Shown here: positions 1 to 12,203 of the stretch, piece after piece | Numbering within the stretch: the stretch's first letter is position 1 | How the letters are laid out: each line of letters opens with the position of its first letter | Source: Octopus sinensis | Taxonomy: Eukaryota | NCBI RefSeq assembly: GCF_006345805.1 | Contig: NC_042997.1 | Span: 44,268,001-44,332,000, forward strand | Direction of reading: 5' to 3' | Length of the DNA stretch: 64,000 nucleotides | Program-made: the position numbers and the translations under genes | Notes under the pieces: generated by a model | Told to the model about the DNA's origin: nothing | The model's database searches: none | What the model saw: the letters and a program-made list of their open reading frames with translations, nothing else

Positions 1-490
1 ATCCCCCAGGGCCAGACTGTCAATCGAGAGTTCTGCTGTGATGTTTTGAAACATTTGAGGGAAGACATTCAGTGAAAGAAACCAGATCTGTGGAGAGTGA
101 AGAACTGGATTCTTCATGATGACAATATACCCTATCACCAAGCTCTCCTTACTCATAAGTTTTTCACCAAAAACAACATGGTATTGCTTCCACCCACTCC
201 CCACCTATTTGCCAGATTTAGTACCTGCAGGCTTCCATCCCTTCCCCAAGATAAAAAAGCAGCTCAAGGGTCACTGTTTTAACAGCAGTGTCAAGAGCCA
301 GAGTGAATCACTGAAGGTCCTTGACTCACTTATGGAAAATGACTTCTAGGCCAAAAGTGGCAGGAATGCTGGGACAGGTGTACTGCTGCACAAGGTGACT
401 ATTTCGAAGGTGATGATGTTAAATCTTAGGTAAATAAGTTATTTTTTTATTAATCATGTCTAGTCTGGGAACTTTTTGATACATCTCGTA
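1..490 (+). mobile_element. Mariner transposon 3' part (degraded transposase C-terminus, TIR-like end)
   Basis: Translates with stops/frameshifts as IPQGQTVNREFCCDVLKHLREDI...WILHDDN...YLPDLVPAGFHPFPKIKKQLKGHCF, matching mariner HHDNA/YSPDLAP motifs; ends ...actttttgatacatctcgTA. Confidence 0.8.
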
Positions 491-498
491 CATGCATA

Positions 499-500
499 CA

Positions 501-542
<42 letters not shown>
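499..542. repeat. (CA)n microsatellite
   Basis: Direct reading. Confidence 0.95.
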
Positions 543-546
<4 letters not shown>

Positions 547-1214
547 TAGTTTTTTTTTGTAGTTGTTGTTTAGCCTCAAATCAACAGACTGAGCAGATCT
601 CCAAGCAAAGACATTCCAACCATAACCATTTCTTCTTTTATACAGACACAGAATACCCTGGACTACTTTAAACAATGTATCCCTTTTGGAGAGTGGGGTT
701 ACAGAGAAGGTAGTATGTGCTTTGAAAGAAATTTGTGTACTATTTCTAGCAGATTAGGCAACCATGTATAGATGCTCTCATTGATTCATGCAATATTTAG
801 TAGCTGTTGCTTTAATCTGTTCACTACAACTAAAAGACAGGCGTAGTGGCCAACACCAGCATGAGACGATATGATAAAAAAACTGAAGGGAAAACATGTA
901 TTTTAGGTTTCTATAAGGAGAGAGTAAAGCATTTCTCATGAATGACTTTTATCAAAACCATCAACCTTTTAGCATTTAAACCTGCCATATCAGGCCCAAA
1001 TATTCAACTTGCTTTATGTTCAAATTGACTAGATCCAACCTCTCACACCTACCCTACAATGACATTATAAATCTGAAAGCTATGGGATTATACAAGATTA
1101 ATACTAAACAATGTAAATACATAAGCATTACAATTGACAGAATAATCTGATTACCAAAGGGTTAAATATATTACTCTTCCTATGAAAAATTAAGCAAAAA
1201 TTCATCTCTGTTAA

Positions 1215-1415
1215 TAGTAATTTCAAATTTTGGCACAAAGCCAGCAATTTCAATTAATTGCATTGACCTGAGTGTTCAACTGATACTTATGTTATTGACC
1301 CTACAAGATGAAAAGCAAGGGTGACCTCGGCAGAATTTGAACTCAGAATGGAAAGAGGGATGAAATGCCATTAAGCATTTTACCAGGCATACTAATGATT
1401 CTGGCATCTCACCAC
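1215..1415 (-). mobile_element. SINE family B, alternative-tail variant, degraded
   Basis: Reverse complement matches head/central domain (ctgagttcaaattc..gaggtc..ctttcatc..gtcaataa..agtacc) and tail (gtgccaaaatttgaa) of the copies at 61305 and 63170. Confidence 0.65.
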
Positions 1416-1625
1416 CCTGATCTTTGTTATTAATGACATGTATAATTGAAATGTTACAAAGTTAGAGTAAACCTTCCACTTCTCTTCTTGAGTTGTATTT
1501 GAGTGAGTTTCTAACCCTGGGAGATGTTTCTTAAGTTGGATTCATGGTGAAAATAGCAAATAATTAATACAAAACTTAACCAAGTGTTTTTAAAGTTGTG
1601 TTAGAATTAAGTTGTATAGAAATTA

Positions 1626-1828
1626 CGTGCGGGTGGCACGTAAAAAGCACCCACTACACTCACGGAGTGGTTGGCGTTAGGAAGGGCATCCAGCCGTAGA
1701 AACACTGCCAGATCAGACTGGGCCTGATGCAGCCTTCTGGCTTCACAGACCCCAGTTGAACCGTCCAACCCATGCTAGCATGGAAAGCGGACGCTAAATG
1801 GTGATGATGATGATGATGATGATGATGA
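1626..1828 (+). mobile_element. RTE-LINE 3' tail fragment with (GAT)n
   Basis: ttggcgttaggaagggcatccagccgtagaaac...ccatgctagcatggaaagcggacgctaaatg(gat)n, same tail as the RTE copies at 16712 and 48575. Confidence 0.85.
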
Positions 1829-3305
1829 GAAATATATTAATAATGAAATTTCCAGAGATCTTGCAGAAGCCATAATGATTTGTGCTTATAGATCTAAAAA
1901 TGATAAAGGAAACAGACATTTGTAGCCAAAATTTCCCCCAGTATTTAATGAAATCCCTGTTTCATTTCCCCTGTTTAATGGTATCTTTTTGTTTTTCTAT
2001 CAAGTTAACCTTTTCTACAATTAAAATGGTTTTTCTTCAAAAGAAATCAAAAAGACAGTAATTAACAAAAAGTTTGTGCACACCTATTAAAATAAGAGCT
2101 CCAGCATGGCCTTAGCTGTAATGAACCATAGAATTATGGATATTATTGATATTCCAATCTTCCACATTGCTATAGTATAGTGTTACAACTTACCTACTGA
2201 TTGCTGCTGATAGAGAAAAGTCAATTATTGTATGTACCACACAAAACATGGAATAAGTAAATAATTTGATGTAAGAGCTATTGTCATAATGATAACTCTT
2301 TGAAATTTAGATCTTGCCTCGTAAGAAGTAATACATGCTTTTGTCAATAACTAAGTAGGTGACTTCATTTAATGAGCTACAAGAAATAATTTTCATTCAT
2401 AATCAAATTTAATTATGTCATAGCATAGCTTTTGTTATGGTATAAGGATAATTGCCTTTAGTACTTGAAAAATGAGTGAGAAATAAGAAACTCAAAATTT
2501 GTATAATATATTCTTGACATCTGAGAAAATAAAAGTGAGCATGATGGGGATTAGATTTTACTAGTTTAATATCCTGGATTAAAGAGTTGTTTTTAATTAC
2601 AGATGCACCTTGTCTATAGAGTCTCTGTGGTGAGGAAAATCCTATTGGTATACTTGTCCTGAGCCATTTTTCCTGAACTGATGAAGAGATATTCATGAGG
2701 TGTTGAGTAGAAATTGCATCAAATGTAAAGAATTTAACAGAACAGATTCTTATGGACAGATAAGTGTTGGGTTCTTAAAAAAATTTGTTCATTTTTTTTC
2801 TACTTAAAAAAAAACACTCTAAAAAAACATTAAACACTACACTGATGATTTTCTGATAATTTAAATAACATTATAAAGGATCAAAATAAATGGAAGAAGA
2901 AAAAAAAACAAATGAAAGATGATGATGATATGAGGGCCTAACAGATTATAATAATATTTTACCATTAGTCTAATAATAGTTCTGTAGATTATACCAAGAT
3001 AATGCTCTCATCACATTTGGCAAGAAGTTGAATGGTTAAGCAGAATATTATGTAAGGAATATTTCAGTTTGAAAAACATGAAGAAAGTTTATTGAACTTG
3101 GTTACATGAGCAAGTAGACTGAAAACAGAAAATAACATTATCTAGCAACAACTAATAAATAACAAAGAAATGTTGTGACAAAGGGGAAAAAAATGGTAAA
3201 CATCATTGCTATTAAATGTCAGCTGTTGTTTAGTAGAGATGATGAAAATTACAGACTCAAAGGTGTTTACTATAGACAAACATAGCATCCAGAAATATGT
3301 TTTAT

Positions 3306-3390
3306 GGAGCCTGGTGCAGCCTCCTGGCTTCCCAGACCCCAGTCAAACTGTCCAACCCATGCTAGCATGGAAAACGGACGTTAAATGATG
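3306..3390 (+). mobile_element. RTE-LINE 3' tail fragment
   Basis: ggagcctggtgcagcc...ccatgctagcatggaaaacggacgttaaatgatgatg. Confidence 0.85.
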
Positions 3391-3409
3391 ATGATGATGA
3401 CAATGATGG

Positions 3410-3443
<34 letters not shown>

Positions 3444-3803
3444 GGTGGTGGTGGTGGTGGTGGTGATGATGATGATGGTGGTGGTGGTGGTGGTGGTGAT
3501 GGTGGTGGTGGTGGTGGTGGTGGTGTGGTGGTGGTGATGATGATGATGGTGGTGGTGGTGGTGGTGGTGGTGGTGGTGATGATGATGATGGTGGTGGTGG
3601 TGGTGGTGGGTGGTGGTGGTGGTGGTGGTGATGATGATGGTGGTGGTGGTGGTGGTGGTGTGGTGGTGGTGGTGGTGGTGGTGGTGGTGGTGGTGATGAT
3701 GATGATGGTGGTGGTGGTGGTGGTGGTGGTGGTGGTGGTGGTGGTGATGATGATGGTGGTGGTGGTGGTGGTGGTGGTGGTGGTGGTGGTGGGGTGGTGG
3801 TGG

Positions 3804-3834
<31 letters not shown>

Positions 3835-5142
3835 GGTGGTGGTGGTGGTGATGATGATGATGGTGGTGGTGGTGGGGTGGTGGTGGTGGTGGTGGTGGTG
3901 ATGATGATGGGGGTGGTGGTGGTGGTGGTGATGGTGGTGGTGGTGGTGGTGGTGGTGTGGTGGATGATGGTGGTGGTGGTGGTGGTGGTGGTGGTGGTGG
4001 TGGTGGTGATGATGATGGTGGTGGTGGTGGTGGTGGTTGATGGTGGTGGTGGTGGTGGTGGTGATGATGATGGTGGTGGATGGTGGTGGTGGGGTGGTGG
4101 TGGTGATGATGATGATGGTGGTGGGTGGTGGTGGGGGTGTGGTGGTGGTTGGTGGTGGTGATGGTGGTGGTGGTGGTGGTGATGATGAATTGGTGGTGGT
4201 GGTTGGTTGGTGGTGGTGGTGGTGGTGGTGGGGTGGTGGTGGTGATGATGAGGTGGTGGTGGTGGTGGTTGGTGATGGTGGTGGTGGTGGTGGTGGTGAT
4301 TGATGATGTGGTGGATGGTGGTGGTGGTGGTGGTGATGGTGGTGGTGGTGGTGGTGGTGATGATGATGATGGTGGTGGTGGTGGTGGTGGTGGTGGTGAT
4401 GGTGGTGGTGGTGGTGGGTGGTGATGATTGATGGTGGTGGATGGTGGTGTTGGTGGTGGTGTGGTGGTGGTGGTGGTTGGTGGTGATGATGATGATGGGG
4501 TGGTGGGTGGGTGGGTGGTGGTGTGGTGGTGATGAATGATGGTGGTGGTGGTGGGGTGGTGGTGGTGATGATGATGATGGTGGTGGTGATGGTGGTGGTG
4601 GTGGTGTGGTGATGATGATGAGGTGGTGGTGGTGGTGGTGGTGATGGTGTGGTGGTGGTGGTGGTGATGATGATGGGGTGGTGGTGGTGGTGTGGTGGTT
4701 GTTGGTGGTGGATGGTGGTGGTGGTGGTGGTGGTGGATGGTGGTGGTGGTTGGTGGTGGTGGTGGTGATGATGATGGTGGTGGTTGGTGGTGGTGGTGGT
4801 GGATGGTGGTGGTGGTGGTGGTGGTGATGATGATGGTGGTGGTGGTGGTGGTGGTGGTGGTGGTGGTGGTGGTGGTGGTGGTGATGGTGGTGGTGGTGGT
4901 GGTGGATGATGATGATGGTGGTGGTGGTGTGGTGGTGATGTGTGGTGGTGGTGGTGGTGGTGATGATGATGGTGGTGGTGGGTGGTGGTGGTGTGGTGGT
5001 GGATGGTGGTTGTGGTGGTGGTGTGGATGGTGGTGGTGGTGGTGGTGGTGGTGGTGGTGATGATGATGATGGTGGTGGTGGTGGTGGTGGTGGTGTGTGA
5101 TGATGAATGGTGGTGGTGTGGTGGTGGTGGTGGTGGTGGTGG

Positions 5143-5173
<31 letters not shown>

Positions 5174-5187
5174 GGTGGTGGTGGTGG

Positions 5188-5218
<31 letters not shown>

Positions 5219-5239
5219 GGTGGTGGGTGGTGGTGGTGG

Positions 5240-5270
<31 letters not shown>

Positions 5271-5776
5271 GGTGGTGGTGGTGGTGGTGGTGATGATGAT
5301 GGTGGTGGTGGTGGTGGTGGTGGTGGTGTGGTGGTGATGATGATGATGGTGGTGGTGGTGGTGGTGGTGGTGATGGTGGTGGTGGTGGTGGTGGTGATGA
5401 TGAATGATGGTGGTGGTGGTGGTGGTGGTGGTGGTGGTGGTGGTGATGATGATGGTGGTGGTGGTGGTGGTGGTGGTGGTGGTTGATGATGATGATGGTG
5501 GTGGTGGTGGTGGTGGTGATGGTGGTGGTGGTGGTGGTGGTGATGATGATGGTGGTGGTGGTGGTGGTGGTGGTGAGTGGTGGTGGTGGTGTGATGATGA
5601 TGATTATGGTGTGGTGGTGGGTGGTGGTTGGGGTGGTGGTGTGATGATATGATGGTGGTGGTGGTGGTGGTGGTGGTGGGGTGGTGGGTGATGTGATATG
5701 ATGTGAGTGGGTGGTGGTGGTTGGTGGTGGTGGTGGTGGTGATGTTGGTGATGGGTGATGGTGATGAGGATGATGA
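3385..5776. repeat. About 2.4 kb compound (GGT)n/(GAT)n microsatellite
   Basis: Direct reading; explains the poly-H/P/T/V/G ORFs. Confidence 0.97.
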
Positions 5777-5789
5777 TTTTTGTTGTTGT

Positions 5790-6340
5790 CTGCTGAATGC
5801 ACAAGATCTTGTACTTAAGTGAACTGCATTTGTCTTGTAATGCCAGGATGGCCTGAGAGACTTGTGGAGTTCTAAGAGATTAACTCTGCTCAGTAGTAAC
5901 ATTACAAAATTAAGATGATAGATCATCATTTGCAACATTAAGGAATCCAGAATTATGTAAGATTTTGTAACCATCACCAATGTGATATTTTCTGATTTTA
6001 GTCTTCCGTTTGTCTTTACATTCAAGTAGATTTCTGAAGAATCAGCAGAGTAAATGATTTGCTTAAAAGAAAATGATGCCACTTTTTGACAGCCTCAAAA
6101 CTATGGTACAAGCTGTTTCTTTCTCAGCAGAATTTAGTGACCAAGAAAAGAAAGCTGCAAGTCTACCATTTTGATTAAGATGGCCGCCTCTCAGGGGTTT
6201 GTTTTGATGATAAATGTCATTTCCTCATCTTCTTTAGCTTTGACAGGATTTTAAGTTACTGATTGCAGTTACAGCTTCTTCTAAGCATGGGAACAGAGTT
6301 CTTATTCATTCAGAGAATTGAGGAATCCATTGAGAACAAT
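5790..6340 (-). mobile_element. Highly degraded RTE-type reverse transcriptase fragment
   Basis: Broken frames give LEEAVTAISNLKSC, GG..L..F..W..IVLRLSKSG and GDGYKIL...AILALQDKC, resembling RTE RT consensus blocks. Confidence 0.5.
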
Positions 6341-6391
6341 AGACAACGTGACCTCCCACCCCACCCCATATAAGATAGTATTAGTAGGCTT

Positions 6392-6779
6392 GAGGAGGCG
6401 CAATGGCCCAGTGGTTAGGGCAGTGGACTCGCGGTCGTAGGATCGCGGTTTCGATTCCGAGACCGGGTGTTGTGAGTGTTTATTGAGCGAAAACACCTAA
6501 AAAGCTCCACGAGGCCCGGCAGGGGATGGTGGTGATCCCTGCTGTACTCTTTCGCCACAAACATTCTCTCACTCTTTCTTCTGTTTCTGTTGTACCTGTA
6601 TTTCAAAGGGCCGGCTTTGTCACTCTCTGTGTCACGCTGAATTCCCCGAGAACTACATAAGGGTACACGTGTCTGTGGAGTGCTCAGCCACTTAACACGT
6701 TAATTTCACGAGCAGGCTGTTCCCGTTGGTCGGATCAACCGGAACCCTCGTCGTCGTAACCGACGGAGTGCTTCCATCC
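6392..6779 (+). mobile_element. tRNA-derived SINE family C, full length
   Basis: A-box-like TGGCCCAGTGG, B-box-like GTTTCGATTCC, (TCCA) tail; 9-bp TSD AGTAGGCTT at 6383-6391 and 6780-6788. Confidence 0.9.
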
Positions 6780-6848
6780 AGTAGGCTTAGATGTTTCTTT
6801 AAATGAATTAAATGTTAGAGGATCAAGGCACAAATTGTTACGACTCTA

Positions 6849-7320
6849 GGTGCAGGTGTGGTTCTGTGGTAAGAAGAAGTTTGCTTCCTAACCACCCAGT
6901 TCCAGGTTCAGTCCCACTGCATTGCACTCTGGGCAAGTCTTCAGTTATAGCAGTGGGCTGACAAAAGCCTTGTCAGTGAATTTGGTTGACAGAAACTGAA
7001 AGGCGGCAAGCTAGCAGAAACATTAGCACGCCGGGTGAATATACTTAGCGATATTTCATCTGCCACTAGGTTCTGAGTTCAAATTCCGCTGAGGTTGACT
7101 TTGCCTATCATCCTTTTGGGGTCAATTAAATAAGTACCAGTTATGCACTGGGGTCGATATAACCGAATTAATCCGTTTGTCTGTCCTTGTTTGTCCCCTC
7201 TATGTTTAGCCTCTTGTGGACAGTAAAGAAATAAGAAACTGAAAGAAGCCAGTTATATGTGTGTGTGCGTGTGTGTTTGTGTGTGTGTGTGTCTGTGTAT
7301 GTGTGTTTGTGTGTTTGTGT
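6849..7320 (+). mobile_element. tRNA-derived SINE family A (5' part), interrupted by SINE B
   Basis: Head gcagg..tgg.tgtgtggtaag..ggttcagtcccactgc; resumes at gaaactgaaagaagcc after the insert. Confidence 0.8.
7002..7233 (+). mobile_element. SINE family B nested in SINE A
   Basis: ggcggcaagctagcagaa...ctgagttcaaattccgctgaggttgactttgcc...aaagaaataa; TSD AGAAACTGAAA at 6991-7001 and 7234-7244. Confidence 0.85.
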
Positions 7321-7328
7321 TTATTTAA

Positions 7329-8050
7329 TGTTAGTTTTCCATGCTGGCATGGGTTGGATGGTTTGACAGCAGCTGGCACACGAGTGAGCTGCATCAGACT
7401 CCATTGTCTTCTTTGGAGTGGTCTCTATGGTTGGATGCTCTTCCTAATGCCCATCACTCTATAGAGTGTACAGAGTACTTTGCATGTGGCACCAGCACTG
7501 GTGGTTTTTTACATGGCACCAACACCAGTGAAGTTGCTGAGTAACTTGCAAGACAAAGACCTCTGGGTTAGGAGGGGAGTGGAACTGAAGGACATGGCTT
7601 TTTGCCAAGTGAAAGGTTGAGTATAACAGAGGGATAGATATAGGTGTCTTACTACAGAGGAGATACTGGCTACCCCAGTAGAAAGAAGCAAAGATAGAGT
7701 TAGAGAGAAAGATAGAGAGACAGAGTGAGAGAAAGAGAAAAATTGATGATGCTGGAGATGCATTGAGATCTACCCAAGGGGAATAATGAGGGGAATATAA
7801 GTGGTACAGATGGCATAGGGGTGGATGTTCCATAAGAGTGTGAGGAGAGATGTTTAGAGGTGGGGAAGAAGTAACTGTATCAAGAGATGGTGAGAGAAAT
7901 TGGAGTGGTTGTGTGGTGGGGTGGGGTGTGGTAGATATGGGATGGCATGAAGAGGTGAGGGAGGGTAGAGTGACCTGGAGTGACTGGGGATGATGGGCAG
8001 TGGAATGAGATAGATGTAGGGAAGATGGATTGTGGGGGAGTTTTGACAGA
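7329..8050 (-). mobile_element. Unclassified repeat ending in an RTE-type tail
   Basis: RTE-type tail at 7329-7540; segment cac.agtga.gt..c...taacttgcaag.caaagacc shared with 23900-23955. Confidence 0.45.
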
Positions 8051-8057
8051 GAACTGA

Positions 8058-8250
8058 ATGTGTGTGTGAGTGTGTGTGTGTGTGATGGTGTGTGTGTGAT
8101 GGTGTGTGTGATGGTGTGTGTGTGATGGTGTGTGTGTGATGGTGTGTGTGTGTGTGATGGTGTGTATGCATGTGATGGTGTGTGTGTGATGGTGTGTGTG
8201 TGATGGTGTGTATGTGATGGTGTGTATGCATGTGTGTGTGTGATGGTGTA
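8058..8250. repeat. (TG)n/TGTGTGATGG minisatellite
   Basis: Direct reading. Confidence 0.9.
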
Positions 8251-8499
8251 TGTGGCTGTAAAGGACATGCTTGTAGGTATGGATGGCCATGATTTTATTT
8301 CCTTTAATTTATCTCCTCAAGCACAGCAAATTGCCAAAAGTTTCGGTCCCTTGTCATTTCCTCAGTAAGTCTTCAGGGCATCTGAAGACCATTTCTCACC
8401 ACTTCATCTCATGAACTTTTCATCATTTGAAACAAATCATTTGTGCAGGTCATTCAGCAAAAGCTGAATGCTCATACTTTGTCTTTGATAGGAGAGTCC

Positions 8500-8887
8500 A
8501 TCATTTATACCATCCGAGCATGATCGTTGCCAGCACGGCTAACTGGCTTCTGTGCTGGTGGCACATAAGAGGGCACTAATTCGAGTGTGATCGTTACCAG
8601 TGTCACCTTACTGGTACCTGTGCCGGTGGCATGTGTAAAAAGATTTGAGTGAGGTCATTGCCAGTACTGCCTGACTGGCCCCCGTGCCAGTGGCACGTAA
8701 AAAGCACCCACTACACTCTCGGAGTGGTTGGCATTAAGAAGGGCATCCAGCTGTAGAAACTTTGCCAGATCAAGATTGGAGCCTGGTGCAGCCATCTGGT
8801 TTGCCAGTCCTCAGTCAAAATCGTCCAACCCATGCTAGCATGGAAAGCAGACGTTAAACGATGATGATGATGATGATGATGATGATG
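8500..8887 (+). mobile_element. RTE 3'-UTR-derived element with internal approx. 65-bp repeats and (GAT)n tail
   Basis: Same repeat units and tail as 31950-32497. Confidence 0.8.
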
Positions 8888-9320
8888 ATATATATATATA
8901 TATATGTATACGTATGTGTGTGTGTCTGTATGTATGAAAGAACCTGTCACTGTTCTTTTGCCTTGACTTCATGTGGTAGTTGTAAATAAATATCACCTTC
9001 ATGCAAGTGATATGCTTCATTTCTAATCTTCATTGGAAACAAACGAGTGCTGGCAACAGGAAGGGCATCTGTTTATAGAAAAATCTGCCTCAACAAATTC
9101 CATCTGACCCATGCAAGCATGGAAAAGTGAATGTTAAGTGAGGATGAATTTGATCATCTAGAATACAGAATTTCAAAATTTTGCTGAAAATTTACACTTA
9201 TCATTATTCAGTGTCATGTTGGATTTCTTTGACTTTTAAGAATTCAGATAGATTTTTGTTTTGTTTATCTTTGATGGCATCATCTAAATAGACATATATA
9301 TACTCTCCAATTTGTTTTGA

Positions 9321-9702
9321 TCTTTCATTTTTTACTTGTTTAAGTCATTAAACTGCGGTCATGCTGGGGCACCGGTTTGAAGAATTTTAGTTGAATAAAT
9401 CAACTCTAGTAGTTATTTTTTTAAAGTCTGATACTTTATCCTATTGGTCTCTTCTGCCAAACAGGGACGTAAACACACCAACACCAGTTGTCAGGCAGTG
9501 GTGACAGACAAACAGTTACAAAGACACACACACACACATATGATGAGCTTCTTTCTGTTTCCATCTACCAAATCTATTCACAGAGCTTTGGTTGGCCTGA
9601 GACCATAGTAGAGGACACTTTCCCAAGATGCCATGCAATGGGACCAAACTTAGAACCATGTGGTTGGGAAGCAAACTTCTTACCAGACAACCACACCTGC
9701 AC
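9321..9702 (-). mobile_element. SINE family A, diverged
   Basis: Tail cttgtttaagtcattaaactgcggtcatgctggggcaccg and head both recognisable. Confidence 0.8.
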
Positions 9703-10000
9703 TATTGGAACCACACGGTTCCATTTGTAAGACTAATGATGACCTTGGAAGTGAAATACCTGAACATCTGTCTATGTAAGCTGATAGTACTAAATAGCTT
9801 GCCAGAAGATATTTGGCTAACTGAACTGTCTAAACATGTGGATTTATTAATAGTTCTGATGGAGTCAATTACTAACCTTCTTTTGAGTTACCATTAATAA
9901 CATGCACTTTTGATTGCTGGAATGGATCATTTCTTGGCATCGTGATATTTTCTTTGAGCATTGTCTTAACTACTGAAGTAATTAATTCAGTATCTAATGG

Positions 10001-10320
10001 CTCAGTGGTTAGAGCGTCGAGCTTACGATCGTGAGGTTGTGTGCTCGAATCCCGGACCGGGCTGCATGTTGTGTTCTTGAGCAAGACACTTTATTTCACG
10101 TTGCTTCAGTTCACTCAGCTGTAGAAATGAGTTGCGACGTCACAGGTGCCAAGCTGTATCGACCTTTGTCTTTCCCTAGGTTAACACTGGTGGCATGGAG
10201 AGGGGAGGCTGGTACGCATGGGCGACTGCTGGTCTTCCATAAACAACCTTGCCCAGACTTGTGCCTCAGAGGGTAACTCTCTAGGTGCAAACCCATGGTC
10301 AGTGTCTGACCGAAGGGGGT
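10001..10320 (+). mobile_element. tRNA-derived SINE family D
   Basis: tggctcagtggttagagc (A box), ctcgaatccc (B box), cttgagcaagacacttt central block; 3' part repeated at 27500-27680; possible TSD TCTAATG. Confidence 0.8.
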
Positions 10321-10782
10321 CATCATCATCATCATCATCTAATGATTTAAACTTACAGGATTTTGCAATTAGTTTTCAAATCTAGTGAGGGATTTAGTAA
10401 AAAAAATATGAGTGAGACAGTTTTCAGTGAAACCAAACGGTGCAAGAGAGCAAAGCTTCCAGATTAACAGGGAGCCTTTCAATTCTATTGTAACAGATGA
10501 ATGCTAGCTTGGATGTGTTATTACTGATTTTACTAATGAATAGCTAAATGTATAATTGTATATATGCATGCATGTATGTATGAATGTACGTAATTATGTG
10601 AATGTGTATAATATATTTACATGATTATGTTTAATTAGTATAATGGAATATTAGACATATGATAGTTGATGACAGGAAAGGCATCTGACCATAGAAAATC
10701 TGCTTCAACAAATTTCACCTGACCCATGCAGACATGAAAAAGTGGATGTTAAATGAGAAAGATGATAGTGATGATGATATTA

Positions 10783-10813
<31 letters not shown>

Positions 10814-11207
10814 AAGAGAGAGAGAGAGATGTAAATGTGCTGCTGGTATGCAAATAGCACCCATTACACCCTCTTGGAGTGGTTAGTGTTAGGAAGGGCA
10901 TCCAGCCGTAGAAACCATGCCAAATCAGAGTAGAGTCTCATACAGCTTTCCAGCTTGCCGGCTCTGGCCAAACCATCCAGTCCAGGCCAGCATGGACAAT
11001 GGACGTTAAATGATGATGATAATGATGATGCATATGATACTAAGAGATAACTTCTTGCAGGTGGTCCATAATTTAGGTAAAGAGATTATACAGTCTCTGG
11101 CAACAAGTCCCTCCCTTTAAGATTGTATTTTACTCTCAGTATCGATCTATCTATATCTATTTATTTATCTATCTATCTGTCTGCCTGTATGTATGTATGT
11201 ATATATT

Positions 11208-11368
11208 CAGGAGTGGCTGTGTGGTAAGTAGCTTGCTAACCAACCACATGGTTCTGGGTTCAGTCCCACTGCATGGCACCTTGGGCAAGTGTCTTCTACT
11301 ATAGCCTCAGGCCGACCAAAGCCTTGTGAGTGGATTTGGTAGACAGAAACTGAAAGAAGCCTGTCGTA

Positions 11369-11421
<53 letters not shown>

Positions 11422-11580
11422 GCGTGTGTGTTTGTATGTCTGTGTTTGTCTCCCTAGCATTGCTTGACAACTGATGCTGGTGTGTTTACATCCCCGTCAC
11501 CTAGTGGTTCAGCAAAAGAGACCGATAGAATAAGTACTGGGCTTACAAAGAATAAGTCCCGGGGTTGATTTCCTCAACAA
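11208..11580 (+). mobile_element. SINE family A with internal (TA)n/(TG)n, 3' end disrupted
   Basis: caggagtggctgtgtggtaagtagcttgctaacc... family consensus. Confidence 0.9.
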
Positions 11581-11589
11581 GTAAAAGAG

Positions 11590-11790
11590 TGTGTACCGTT
11601 GGTGATTTTTTTCCTCCGTCTTCCCTTCTTTGGATTTTTCCTTCTCCTATGTTTCTGACGAAGAGTTCCGCTCGAAACGTTAAACCCTCCTTCTTTCCTT
11701 CTTTCCTGAGCGTCCAATAATGCTATACTTGTTCCACGTCCTCGCGTTGTTGTGTTTTCTCTTTGTGTTTTCATGCTCATATACAAAACT
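11590..11790 (+). mobile_element. Small hammerhead-bearing pLTR-like element
   Basis: Homologous to the reverse complements of 51565-51760 and 52437-52635. Confidence 0.75.
11651..11685 (+). ncRNA. Minimal type I hammerhead ribozyme, canonical core
   Basis: GTTT CTGACGA A GAGT-TCC-GCTC GAA AC/GT T AAAC: stem I GTTT/AAAC, stem II 4 bp, palindromic ACGT stem III. Confidence 0.8.
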
Positions 11791-12203
11791 ATGTACATTT
11801 GTTAATAGGTTACTCTCCATACAAACACATATACAAATCTATGTCAACACGTAAGTGCACAGGCACTGGTCTGTATATATCTGTTAAGAGATAATCATTA
11901 TCATGCACATACATAAACACACAGTTAAGGAGTCCCATAATCCCTTAATAAATTGTTGGATCATCACTAATGAAGGCCAAGGGAGACTTTTCTATATATG
12001 GGTTGTTTAGTTTGGTGTTGCATAGTTGTCATTTTCTATCTCTTTATTACTAATAAAGAAACTAAGAGGCAAAGAAAGGGAAAGAAAATTAGAGAAAATA
12101 ACAGTATGGGAGAATAAACAAAAGAGAAAAGAGAGAGAGGTAAAATAAAATGAGTCAGTACCTTTTCCCCTTATCATATATAAACATAAGTTCTGTAAAT
12201 ATA

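Noticed and set aside
3343-6082. 819-aa and 906-aa His/Pro/Thr-rich ORFs
   Set aside because: Read-through of a trinucleotide microsatellite; the non-repetitive start of the 906-aa ORF is an off-frame reading of a degraded RTE fragment.
6392-6480. tRNA-like sequence (also at 10001 and the SINE A heads)
   Set aside because: SINE heads: multicopy, TSD-flanked, and no complete cloverleaf.
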